Below, piece after piece: positions 21,267 through 32,207 of a DNA stretch of 64,000 nucleotides. The stretch's first letter is position 1, and each line of letters opens with the position of its first letter. This DNA comes from an uncultured Phycisphaerales bacterium (lineage in GTDB: Bacteria > Planctomycetota > Phycisphaerae > Tepidisphaerales > Tepidisphaeraceae). The stretch is from contig CAVWLP010000002.1 of assembly GCA_963755915.1 (NCBI GenBank), positions 2,976,001 to 3,040,000 on the forward strand. Direction: 5' to 3'. The translations under genes were made by a program, and so were the position numbers. The notes under the pieces were generated by a model. That model was not told the origin of the DNA and did no database searches. It saw only the letters and a program-made list of their open reading frames with translations.

Positions 21267-22064
21267 GTGAGGGCCTTGAGCCAGACCCGACCTCCAACAA
21301 AAACCGCCCTAGTCACCGGCGCCTCCACAGGCATCGGCCGCGACCTCGCCCACCTCTTCGCCCAGGACCACCACAACCTCGTATTGATTGCCCGCACCCA
21401 ACCCGCCCTAGAACAACTCGCCGCCACTCTAAAACACCAACATAAAATCGAAGTCCAAATCATCCCCCAGGACCTCTCCGACCCCGCATCCCCCCAAAAA
21501 ATCTTCGACCAACTCCAATCCCAACCCATCGACTTCCTGATCAACAACGCCGGCTTCGGCTCCCACGGCCCCTTCGCCGACTCCGACATCCAGACAACTC
21601 TCTCCATGCTCCAACTAAACATCACCACTCTCACCCACCTAACCCGCCTCTTCCTCCCCCAGATGCTCCAGCGCCGCTCCGGAAAAATCCTCAACGTCGC
21701 CTCCCTCGCCGCCTTCCTCCCCGGCCCCCTCATGGCCGTCTACTACGCCACCAAGGCCTATGTCCTTAGCTTCTCCGAAGCCCTCTCCTCCGAGCTCGCC
21801 GGAACCGGCATCACCGTCACCGCCCTCTGCCCCGGCCCCACCCAAACCGAATTCCAAGCCCGCGCCGGAATCTCCCACTCCCTCCTCTTCAAATCCAAGG
21901 TCATGCCTTCCATGACCGCCGCCCGCATAGGCTACCGCGCCATGCTAAAAGGCCATCGCACCTCCATCCCCGGCCCCTTAAACAAACTCTCCGCCCTCTC
22001 CACCCGCCTCCTCCCGCGCCAAATCACCGCCGCCGTAGCCAAAAAACTAAACCAATCCCGCTAA
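21267..22064 (+). CDS. Short-chain dehydrogenase/reductase
   Basis: 'ALVTGASTGIG', 'NNAGFG', 'YYATK'; start probably GTG 21267 or TTG 21276. Confidence 0.88.
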   Translation: MRALSQTRPPTKTALVTGASTGIGRDLAHLFAQDHHNLVLIARTQPALEQLAATLKHQHKIEVQIIPQDLSDPASPQKIFDQLQSQPIDFLINNAGFGSHGPFADSDIQTTLSMLQLNITTLTHLTRLFLPQMLQRRSGKILNVASLAAFLPGPLMAVYYATKAYVLSFSEALSSELAGTGITVTALCPGPTQTEFQARAGISHSLLFKSKVMPSMTAARIGYRAMLKGHRTSIPGPLNKLSALSTRLLPRQITAAVAKKLNQSR

Positions 22065-22068
22065 CCCA

Positions 22069-22108
22069 CTTTCACACCTTCTCACCTTCGCACTTTCACA
22101 CCTTTCAA
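22069..22108. repeat. Short tandem cactttca/caccttc repeats between convergent genes
   Basis: actttcacaccttctcaccttcgcactttcacacctttca. Confidence 0.5.
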
Positions 22109-23496
22109 ACCACAACCCTCTTCCACCCCCCATTCCAAAACCTCCCAAAAATCACACACCCCCGAATAAACAATTCCCCCGCCAACACCACCCAAACCGC
22201 CTCCAGCCCCATCTTCCAAACCAACCCCACCACGATCACGCCCGTAAACCGGAGCCCAATCACACTCGCCAGATTCAAACACATCACCACAAACGTATCC
22301 CCCGCCCCGCGCAGCGCACCCCCAAAAATCAAACTGGAAGCGAACCCCGCCTGAATAAACCCGGTAATCCGCAAACACCGCGCCGTCATCTCCACGATAT
22401 GCCCATCGTTCGGCGACAACCACTCCGCCGGATACCTCCCCAGCGTAATCATCAATATCCCGCACAAAACCATCGCCCCTCCACCCCCCGCATACGCCAG
22501 CAGCGCGCTCCGCATCGCCCGCCCCGGATCTTTCCTCCCCAGCGAAATCCCCACCATCGTCGCCGCCGCCGTGGCAAACGCGATCCCCGACAAAAAGCTC
22601 ACGCTCTCCAGCCTGACGGTATTTATATGCGCCGCCGAAGAAGCATTCGTAGGATCCATCCGATTGATCACCGCGATCACCGCAAAATTCGCAAACCACG
22701 CCAGCAGATTTTCCACGCCCGCCGGCACCCCGATCCTGAACAGCCGTTTGATCGTAAGCCAGTCCGGCCGCATCCGATGGATATAAAGCCGCGCCCCACT
22801 AGTCCCCACCCAAACGACGAGAAACTCCAACACCCCCCCAGTCACATACGCAATAATCGTCCCCGCCGCGATCCCCGTAAATCCCATCACCGGCAATCCC
22901 CACCACCCCCGCGTCAGCGCAAAGCTGCAAACCATATTCACCACGTCCACGATCACCATCACAATCGCCGGCGTCAGCGTATCCCCACCCCCGCGCCTAT
23001 ACGCCCCCGCGATAAACATCACCATCGTAAACGGCAGCGCCGCGCTCAGCATCCTCAGATACTCCAGCGCAAACCCCTTCCCCATCCCCTGCAACTGCGT
23101 CGCCTCAATAATCGGCCGTCCCCCGATTGACAACAACACCCCGCAAACCACCCCCAAAATAATCGCCGCCGCCACCGACTGTCCCGTCACCCGGTTACTC
23201 AGCGACCGATGCCGCGCCCCCTTCGCCCGTGCGATCAGCGCCGTGCTCCCCGTTCCGATCGAAGAAACCAGCAGCCCAATCAGCCACAAAAAATATGTAA
23301 CCGTCCCCACCGCCGCCCCCGCATCCGCCGCATGCGAGGGAAGATGATTCGCGAGATAGGTATCATTCAACCCCACCAGCATGTGCAAAACTTGCTCAAC
23401 CCAAACCGGCCCCGCCAGCGCAAACAACTGCCCAAAAAGCCCCCAATTGCTTTCCCGCGCAACCCCCACCCTCGAATCTTCAACCACATCCGTCAT
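22105..23496 (-). CDS. MATE-family efflux transporter
   Basis: ~12 TM, 'RGGGDTLTP', 'GALRGAGDT', 'MVGISLG'. Confidence 0.9.
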   Translation of the reverse strand: MTDVVEDSRVGVARESNWGLFGQLFALAGPVWVEQVLHMLVGLNDTYLANHLPSHAADAGAAVGTVTYFLWLIGLLVSSIGTGSTALIARAKGARHRSLSNRVTGQSVAAAIILGVVCGVLLSIGGRPIIEATQLQGMGKGFALEYLRMLSAALPFTMVMFIAGAYRRGGGDTLTPAIVMVIVDVVNMVCSFALTRGWWGLPVMGFTGIAAGTIIAYVTGGVLEFLVVWVGTSGARLYIHRMRPDWLTIKRLFRIGVPAGVENLLAWFANFAVIAVINRMDPTNASSAAHINTVRLESVSFLSGIAFATAAATMVGISLGRKDPGRAMRSALLAYAGGGGAMVLCGILMITLGRYPAEWLSPNDGHIVEMTARCLRITGFIQAGFASSLIFGGALRGAGDTFVVMCLNLASVIGLRFTGVIVVGLVWKMGLEAVWVVLAGELFIRGCVIFGRFWNGGWKRVVV

Positions 23497-23498
23497 AA

Positions 23499-24611
<1,113 letters not shown>

Positions 24612-24676
24612 CGGATTTATCGGACCCACCCAATCACAGTGACACCGCCCCCACACTGAGTTATACATATCACCCA

Positions 24677-26293
24677 GTGACCGTAGTTCGCGTTATTCCC
24701 GCCGACTCTCCCCGTGTAGCCGCCGGGCTTGCCCGGCGCGTTCTCCTCCTCTCCCTCCTCCTCACCACCGCCTGCACCACCGGACCCTATTACTACCCCG
24801 CCGCCACCCGCTCCCCCATCGACCGCCGACTCGTCGAATACCCCGAAAACTTCCAGCTACAGGAAGTCATGACCGGCCTCACCAGCCCAACCGCCATCTG
24901 CTTCGACGACGCCGGAAACATGTTCGTCGCCGAGGGCGGCCTCGACGGCCGCGACCCGCGCATCTTCTATATCCGAAAATCCGACGGCGCTCGCGTCGAC
25001 ATCTACCCCGTCGGCACCCGCATCCCCATCCCCATCTTCTCCGTCGGCTACCACATCTACGGCCCCATCGGTGGCATGGTCGCCTATCGCGGCAAACTCT
25101 ACGTCTCCCACCGCGATTACAACGACATGGGTGCCATCACCGCCTTCGACGACAACGGCAATCACCAAACCATCATCGCCAATCTCCCCGCTCAGGGAGA
25201 TTTCGGCGTCACCGACGTCGCCATCCCCGCCTCCTCCCCAGATCCGCGTCTCTACTTCGGCGTCGGCGCCGCCACCAACAGCGGCGTCGTCGGCCTCGAT
25301 AACTGGGAAGCCGGCTGGGTCCGAGACCATCCCCAGGCCTGCGACGTCCCCTACGTCCCCCTCTATCTCCTTGGCTTCCGTTTCGACGTCCCCAACCCCC
25401 AGGCCAGCATCTTCTCCCCCGGAACCCTCGTCACCGTCCCCTTCCAGCCCCTCGGCATCAGCGACATCGAACAAGTCCCCGCCGCCGACTTCCCCCTCCA
25501 GAAACCCACCGGCGCCGTCATGAGCGTCGCTCTCGACGGTGGCGACGAACGCGTCGAAGCCCACGGCCTTCGCGACCCCGTCGGTCTCTCCCTGGACGAC
25601 TACGGCAATATCTACGTCACCAACCGCGGCATGGAACTCCGCGGCACACGGCCCATCGACAACGACCCCGACGCTCTCTACCGCTGGACCTTCCCGGGCA
25701 CCTGGTTCGGCTTCCCAGACTACTCCAGCACCTTCGACCCCATATATCTCCCCAAATACCAGCCGCCCCCGTGGATGGTTCTCCCCACCGGCTATCCCGA
25801 CGTCCGCTTCGTCGTCGATCACGAAACCAGCAAGCTCCAACCCCCGCCCGCCCAGGACCTCCTCTCCCAATTCCCCTGGCAGTCCGGCGTCTCCAAAATG
25901 GCTTGGATCCCCGAATCCGGTCCCTTCCACATCCCCCGTTACGAAGGCCAGCTCCTCGTCGCCCTCTGGGGCGACTCCGCTCCCTTCTCCACCAGCGGCC
26001 GTCCCATCCCCAATCCCCTCCCCGGCTACCGCGTCGTCCTCGTAGACCCCAACCAGCACGGAAAAGTCTCCGATTTCATCTTCAACACCAAGGGCACCCC
26101 AGCCAGCAAAGTCCCCGGCTCAACCTCCCAGGCCCTCGAACGCCCCATCGACGTAAAATTCTCCCCCGACGGCAACCTCTATATCCTCGACTTCGGACAA
26201 GCCGAATTCAAACACTCCCAACTAACCACCCCCAACGCGACGGGAAAAATCTACGAACTAATCCCCACCCCCAGCACCCAATCCCCCCAATAA
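24677..26293 (+). CDS. Glucose/sorbosone-dehydrogenase-like beta-propeller lipoprotein
   Basis: Lipobox LTTAC; 'GLTSPT', 'YFGVGAATNSGVVG', 'AHGLRDP', 'ERPIDVKFSPDG.LYILDFG'. Confidence 0.75.
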   Translation: MTVVRVIPADSPRVAAGLARRVLLLSLLLTTACTTGPYYYPAATRSPIDRRLVEYPENFQLQEVMTGLTSPTAICFDDAGNMFVAEGGLDGRDPRIFYIRKSDGARVDIYPVGTRIPIPIFSVGYHIYGPIGGMVAYRGKLYVSHRDYNDMGAITAFDDNGNHQTIIANLPAQGDFGVTDVAIPASSPDPRLYFGVGAATNSGVVGLDNWEAGWVRDHPQACDVPYVPLYLLGFRFDVPNPQASIFSPGTLVTVPFQPLGISDIEQVPAADFPLQKPTGAVMSVALDGGDERVEAHGLRDPVGLSLDDYGNIYVTNRGMELRGTRPIDNDPDALYRWTFPGTWFGFPDYSSTFDPIYLPKYQPPPWMVLPTGYPDVRFVVDHETSKLQPPPAQDLLSQFPWQSGVSKMAWIPESGPFHIPRYEGQLLVALWGDSAPFSTSGRPIPNPLPGYRVVLVDPNQHGKVSDFIFNTKGTPASKVPGSTSQALERPIDVKFSPDGNLYILDFGQAEFKHSQLTTPNATGKIYELIPTPSTQSPQ

Positions 26294-26442
26294 CTACCCG
26301 CCCCAAAAATGAGCCGGGCTGTCCCCAGCCCGTCCCCCCGCGACCCAAAACTCGCTTTCCCATGTAGCCGCCCCCGCTTGCGGGGTGCGTTTTTCGAACC
26401 CCTCAAATCGCGGGTTCCCCTTCTTGTCTCCGGTCCAAACAC

Positions 26443-26570
26443 GCCGAACACCCCAAGGCCGCCCCAAACGTCACCAGGCCAGCCATGTGTCCCCGCGGCG
26501 GAACCGCACGCGATATTCGAGTAACCGCCTTCCCTCGTCAAACAAACCTCAACCGAAAATAGTCTTTATT
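26443..26570 (+). repeat. ~130-bp dispersed repeat, copy C
   Basis: gccgaacaccccaaggccgccccaaacgtcaccaggccagccatgtgtccccgcggcggaaccgc...ctcgtcaaacaaacctcaaccgaaaat. Confidence 0.88.
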
Positions 26571-26647
26571 CTCTATCTCCATCCGACAACACACGACACC
26601 CTTTTCCAATTGACCCTCCCCTCACCCAGACATAAAGTCCCCCCAAA

Positions 26648-26947
26648 ATGTCCGCGCCATTTCCCTCAATCCTCGCCGACGCCGACCCCCTTGACATCTT
26701 CCTCGCCTGCTTCTTCCTCTTACTCTTCGTCCTCGCCGGCTTCTACGCCGTCTACTGGCTCCGCAAACGCATCTGGGGCGTAGATGACTCCGCTACCCCG
26801 TCCCTCGGTTTCACCATCGGCGACCTCCGCGACCTCCACCGTTCCGGAAAACTCACCGACGAAGAATTCCAAAAAGCCAAACAAAAAATCGTCGCCTCTC
26901 ACCTGGCGACCCCACCCTCACCCCCAAAACCGCCCCATAACCAATGA
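26648..26947 (+). CDS. Small membrane protein with SHOCT domain
   Basis: TM, then 'FTIGDLRDLHRSGKLTDEEFQKAKQKI'. Confidence 0.75.
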   Translation: MSAPFPSILADADPLDIFLACFFLLLFVLAGFYAVYWLRKRIWGVDDSATPSLGFTIGDLRDLHRSGKLTDEEFQKAKQKIVASHLATPPSPPKPPHNQ

Positions 26948-27273
26948 AAGTGCCGCCGGTGTCCTCACCGGCGGAATCCCCCCGTCCCCCATTCGGCATT
27001 TGGCATTCGGCATGCGGCATTCCATCTGCCAATAATCTCCCCCTCCATCCCCCAAAACCGCACCCCAAAAAATCTTTTCCCCGGCCCACATTTTGCCTTT
27101 TCCCTTTCCCATATTCCCGCTGTAAGATTGCCTTAACCTCATGGATTGGAGGTCAAGTCTCCACCCATGAATGTTCGATACTTAACTTGACGTTAAGTTT
27201 TGATCTTACTGACGTTTGGCGCTCAATAACATATTGACTGGGCCGCTCATCGGCCCCGAAGGATCGAAAGTCG

Positions 27274-28661
27274 ATGGCCACCACGAATCGCACCGGCAAC
27301 GGCGGACCCCCGGGAAATCTTCCCCCTCCAGGCAACAATCCCAGCAATCAATCCGGATTCCGCGGCCGTAGAATCACCACCTGCTCCTTCTGCGGCAAAT
27401 CCTCCCGCGATGTCGGCCCCATGGTCGAAGGCCCCAGCGAGGTCTACATCTGCGCCAATTGCGTCGACCTCGCCCACAACATCATCCGCCAGGAAAAACG
27501 AAAGCTCTCCGCCTCCCAGCCCCTTTTCAGCACCATCCCCTCCCCGCGCAAGTCAAAGAATTCTTAGACCAATATGTCGTCGGCCAGGGCCACGCCAAAA
27601 AAGCCCTCGCCGTCGCCGTCCACAACCACTACAAACGCCTCACCACGTCCGACTCAACCGCCAGCGCCAACGCCGTCTCCCCCGATGCCGCCGCCCCCGT
27701 TACCCCAACCGTCGCCGACGTCGAGATCGACAAGAGCAACGTCCTTCTCATCGGCCCCACCGGCAGCGGCAAAACGCTTCTCGCCAAAACCCTGGCCCGA
27801 ATCCTCAACGTCCCCTTCGCCATCGGCGACGCCACCACCCTCACCGAGGCCGGCTACGTCGGTGAAGACGTAGAAAACATTCTTCTGAAGCTTTTACAAA
27901 ACGCCGACTACGACCTCGAATCCGCCCAGCGCGGAATCGTCTACATCGACGAAATCGACAAGATCGGCAAAACCCAGAACAACGTCTCCATCACCCGCGA
28001 CGTCTCCGGCGAAGGCGTCCAGCAAGCCCTGTTGAAAATGCTCGAAGGCACCATCGCCAACATCCCCCCGCAAGGCGGCCGCAAACACCCCGAGCAGCAA
28101 TACATCCAGATGGACACGTCCCAAATCCTCTTCATCTGCGGCGGCACCTTCGTAGGCCTCGAAGACATCATTCGCAAACGCCTGGGCAAGCGCCAGATCG
28201 GCTTCAACTCCGAAACCTCTCCCGCCGAAACCTCCCGCGACCGCGCCCGCATCCTCGCCCAGGTCCAGCCCGAGGACTTAGTCGAGTTCGGCATGATCCC
28301 AGAATTCGTAGGCCGCCTCCCCGTCGCCGCCACCTTGGATCCGCTAGACATCAAAACCCTGATCAACATCCTGACCGAGCCCAAAAACGCGCTGGTAAAG
28401 CAATTCCAAAAATTCTTCCGTATAGAAGGCAGCGAACTGGATTTCACCCCCGGCGCCCTGGAATTAATCGCCGAGCGCGCCCTGAAACGCGACACCGGCG
28501 CCCGCGCCCTCCGCGCCGTAGTAGAAGAAATCATGATGGACCTGATGTACCGCCTCCCCGACCAGGAGCAGGGCGGAAAATATTTAATCACCGAAGACAT
28601 CGTAGAAGGCCGCCAAAGCCTCTTCGACCTGAAACCCGAGCGCCGCAAAGAATCCGCCTAA
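27274..28661 (+). CDS. clpX: ATP-dependent Clp protease ATP-binding subunit (frameshift ~27549)
   Basis: Zn-finger CSFCGK...[13 protein letters not shown]; '[16 protein letters not shown]'; '[14 protein letters not shown]'; IGF loop. Confidence 0.97.
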
Positions 28662-28681
28662 ACCCCGCACGCCAAAGAAAG

Positions 28682-28708
28682 CCCCACGATGGTATCGTGG
28701 GGTTTTTC
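28682..28708 (+). terminator. Intrinsic terminator after clpX
   Basis: ccccacgat-ggt-atcgtgggg followed by ttttt. Confidence 0.7.
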
Positions 28709-28757
28709 ATTGTTTAGCCGCGCCCCGAAGGGAAGCAGCTTTCCCCCTCGCGCGCAA

Positions 28758-30695
28758 TTACCCCGCCTTCCCAAACCCAAACACCATCGTCCGCGACCCA
28801 TTCCCATCAACATTAACCTCCACCTCCCCACCCCCGAGCGAATCCCCCTCAACCCCATCCGCCCCCGTAACCCTCACCCGAGAACCCCCACGCACCAGAT
28901 CAAACCCATCCCCCACCCTGAAAATCTTCACCCCCCGCGCCAACTTCAACCGAAACCCCACCCGATCCTTCGGATCCTTCGACAGATCCTCAATCCTCAC
29001 CGTCATCGAAGTCGCTGAAAACGAATAAGTCTCCCTCACCCCCAAATCGCTGAAGCAAATCGAACTCCCCGTCTTCTCCACCACATTCTGCAACTGCCGC
29101 GCCCCAAAAAAAGTCGGAAAATTCCCCACCCCAAACCCATCCAGATCATTCGAAACAAACTGCTCCTTATCCACCCCCAGACTCAACAAATCCCCATTCC
29201 CGGAAATAATGACATCATACAATTCCGTTGCCACCCGCCGCGACCCAATCACCGGCTTAATCTCAATCCCAACCGTCGGCGCAAATTCATCCGTCCGAAA
29301 CGGCCCCGCCGGCAACCCCGCCGAATTATAAAGATCGCACACCGGCACCGCCCCCCACGCATACCGCACAAACCGCGGCTCCTTCACATCCTCGCACCTC
29401 ACCACCACCGCATCCTCCCCATCGATCCTCCCCTCCGCAAAATGAAAAACCCCATCCCCACCCGCCACCGCGAACCCCGTCACAAATTCCCCACCCCCGC
29501 GCGCCGCCAGCGCGCCATCATGCGTATCAAATCTCACCCGCATCCCATCTCCCTCCCGCGTCGCGCTCTCAAACGTCGGCCCATCCGCCACCACATCCTC
29601 GTGATACGCCAACCGCTCCGCCTGCAGCGCCGCCCGCCTCCCAATCTCCCCCTTCTCCCGCGGATGCAGATTAAACCCATTGGTCGTATCGATCGAAACC
29701 ACCAGCCCCGTATCCCGATTCTCTTCCACCACCCGCCTCTGCGCCTCCCTCACCCAGGTAAACGGAAACCCCGCATACAAATCCGTAAACGCCGGCAATT
29801 GCACAATAATAAACGGCAAATCCCCGCGCCCAAATTGCTCCCGCCACCCCTCAATCAGCTCATGCATGATCGCAGGATAAAACTGCGACTTCCCCGAATT
29901 GTTCTCCCCCTGATACCACACCACTCCGCTCAGCCCCACCGGCCCCAGCGGCGCGATCATCCCGTTATACAAAGCCCCCGGCCCCAGATTAAACATCGAA
30001 GGCGAAAACTCGTCCTTCGAAAAATCCTTCAATCTCCCCACCGGCGTCCACCCCTCCGCCGAAGTCCCCCCAAACGAGCTGTCAATCAGCCCAATCGGCA
30101 CCCCCTTAAGTTTCGGATCCCGCGAAAGCCACAACCCAAAATGCACCGCCACCGCGCTGAACTTCTCCACCTCCCCCGAATCCCCCGTCACCCAACGCCC
30201 ATCCACCCGATAGTTCGGCTTATCCGCCCCAAATTTCGGCACCTCAAGCAGCCGCAGCCCCGCCAACCCCCTCGCCTCCTTCTCCATCTCCTCCGCCTCC
30301 ACATCTTCCCCCACCCCCAGTTGCATATTCGACTGCCCCGCGCACAGCCAAACATCCCCGCAAAGAATATTCTTTAGCCCAATCGACTCCCGGCCACTGG
30401 AAATCTCCGCCGTATACGGCCCACCCACCCCCAGCGCCTTAACCGCTGTCTTCCAATGCCCTGAAGCATCCGCCACCGTCGAAGATCTTTCATCCCCGAA
30501 CCTAATCTGAACAACGGCGCCCGCAGTCGCCTCCCCCCAAACGACGACATCCCGACCCCGCTGCACCACCATATTGTCCGAAAACGTAGACCCCAGCATC
30601 AGCGCCGCCCGAGCCGTTTGAGCGCTCGCCAGGACACCGACGATCACCGAAAGGACAACCCCAATTAAGCCATTTAACCGATTGCTCCGAGCCAT
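28758..30695 (-). CDS. Sialate O-acetylesterase (SASA/SGNH) family protein, secreted
   Basis: Signal peptide; 'FSDNMVVQR', 'GDVWLCAGQSNM', 'WYQGENN', 'LHPREK', 'RYAW'. Confidence 0.9.
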   Translation of the reverse strand: MARSNRLNGLIGVVLSVIVGVLASAQTARAALMLGSTFSDNMVVQRGRDVVVWGEATAGAVVQIRFGDERSSTVADASGHWKTAVKALGVGGPYTAEISSGRESIGLKNILCGDVWLCAGQSNMQLGVGEDVEAEEMEKEARGLAGLRLLEVPKFGADKPNYRVDGRWVTGDSGEVEKFSAVAVHFGLWLSRDPKLKGVPIGLIDSSFGGTSAEGWTPVGRLKDFSKDEFSPSMFNLGPGALYNGMIAPLGPVGLSGVVWYQGENNSGKSQFYPAIMHELIEGWREQFGRGDLPFIIVQLPAFTDLYAGFPFTWVREAQRRVVEENRDTGLVVSIDTTNGFNLHPREKGEIGRRAALQAERLAYHEDVVADGPTFESATREGDGMRVRFDTHDGALAARGGGEFVTGFAVAGGDGVFHFAEGRIDGEDAVVVRCEDVKEPRFVRYAWGAVPVCDLYNSAGLPAGPFRTDEFAPTVGIEIKPVIGSRRVATELYDVIISGNGDLLSLGVDKEQFVSNDLDGFGVGNFPTFFGARQLQNVVEKTGSSICFSDLGVRETYSFSATSMTVRIEDLSKDPKDRVGFRLKLARGVKIFRVGDGFDLVRGGSRVRVTGADGVEGDSLGGGEVEVNVDGNGSRTMVFGFGKAG

Positions 30696-30749
30696 AATTT
30701 TCAGTCTACGCCATTTCCAAGCGCCCATCACCATCGCTCCCGAAGCCCT

Positions 30750-31070
30750 GCCACCTCACAGCTCCCTCGAACGTAACCAGGGCAGCCATGTGCTCCCCCC
30801 GCGGAACCGCCTGTTATATACGAGTCACCGGATCCCCTCGTCACTCAAACCGAAACCGAAAAAACTCTTTCTCTGATTGACCTCCCAAAAAATGCAAAAA
30901 ACGGATCCCCACAGTTTTGCAAAACACGCCCGGCCATGTGCTCCCCCCGCGGAACCGCCTGTTATATACGAGTCACCGGATCCCCTCGTCACTCAAACCG
31001 TAACCGAAAAAATCTTCCTCCATTTGATTTACCCTCAACAAATACAAAAAAATTCACCCCACGTTCCAAA
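30750..31070 (+). repeat. ~130-bp dispersed repeat, tandem copies D (~30750-30872) and E (~30932-31022)
   Basis: gccatgtgctccccc(c)gcggaaccgcctgttatatacgagtcaccggatcccctcgtcactcaaaccg occurs twice, ~149 bp apart. Confidence 0.9.
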
Positions 31071-31115
31071 ATAGGTCCAAAACGTACACCCTTTGGACCT
31101 GTATATAGAGGCACA

Positions 31116-32192
31116 TGCTCTGTCTCAATCCTCATAGGTTGAGGATAAGCATGACGTTGTGGGTAACGGCTCTGAGCAAAAGATCCCTCTTCCGCCCCCA
31201 GGCGGTCCGGGAACGGCACGCTGAACCCAGATTACGTTTCACCATGCTGTTTACCGTCTCACTCTGCCAGCGTTGACAATAACGCTTATGGTCCGGCAGT
31301 CCCCGCTTCAGCCGTCGTGACATCAGACGGCGGTAGCGAGTCGTCGGTTCGCGATTCCACAGCCAGCCCCGTCGGGCGGGGATGATCGAGCGAACCTTCA
31401 GGACCTCTCTTGCCAAGCGGTGATTGGCCTCTGAATCGAAACCCGCATCCGCCAGCACCACGCGCGGACGCATTCGAGAACAGGCACGCGACAACAGCGG
31501 TGCAAAGTGGGCATGATCGGTTCCCAGGCCAGTGGTCGCTTGTGCCGCAACGATCAAATGGGATGCGGCCTGAACCGCCAGCGAAAGCTTGGGCAATTGT
31601 TTGGCGGTTGCAGATCGGCGTCGATTCACTCGCTGGGGCGTCGGGTTGGGCTGGAATTTCAGAGCATTTTTGTTGCGTCTCTTCTCAAAATACCGACTGA
31701 CGTGATGGTGTTCAAACCAACTGGAATCCAGCGTAATCAGATGGAAAAGATCATTGCCAACCGACTTGCCTACTTTTTTTTCTTGCGACGTTGCGCCTGC
31801 TTGGCCACAGCGATGGACAGGTCCAGCATCGTTTCGACCAGCCGGGGTTTGACCAGCCGATGAAACGCCCGACACAGCGTGTTGTGATCCGGCACTTTTT
31901 TCAGGCCGATGTCCTGACACCACTGCGGACAATCCTCCAGAAGCGCCACCAGCCCGCGATAACTCTTTTTCTGATGCTCACGTAAAACCAGACAGGCAAA
32001 CAACTGGGGATCAGTAAAATCTTTGCGGCTGAACTTCGAGCGACCCTTCAGACAGGCCAATCCCAATGCATAAGCCGCATTCAGTACCTTCCGTGGCGAT
32101 TTGCAGGTCTCCATCCTGCATGATGTAACAACTCAACGCCGAATGCGCAAATTTCTGCAAGGTCGCTTCGCGTCGAGGATTGAGACAGAGCA
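31116..32192 (-). mobile_element. IS5-family element, IS903-like architecture (1077 bp)
   Basis: Perfect 18-bp IRs TGCTCTGTCTCAATCCTC (31116-33) / GAGGATTGAGACAGAGCA (32175-92); 9-bp TSD AGAGGCACA (31107-15, 32193-201). Confidence 0.92.
31132..32114 (-). CDS. DDE transposase in two overlapping ORFs (-1 shift at A AAA AAG, 31773-31782)
   Basis: OrfA 'SYR...L...PDHNTL'; OrfB 'LDSS', 'LADAGFDSE', 'Y.QRWQSETVNSMVKR'. Confidence 0.88.
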
Positions 32193-32207
32193 AGAGGCAC
32201 ACAAAAA

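Noticed and set aside
30750-31070. Tandem repeat as a CRISPR array
   Set aside because: Only two ~150-bp units, no unique spacers and no cas genes; it belongs to the dispersed repeat family.
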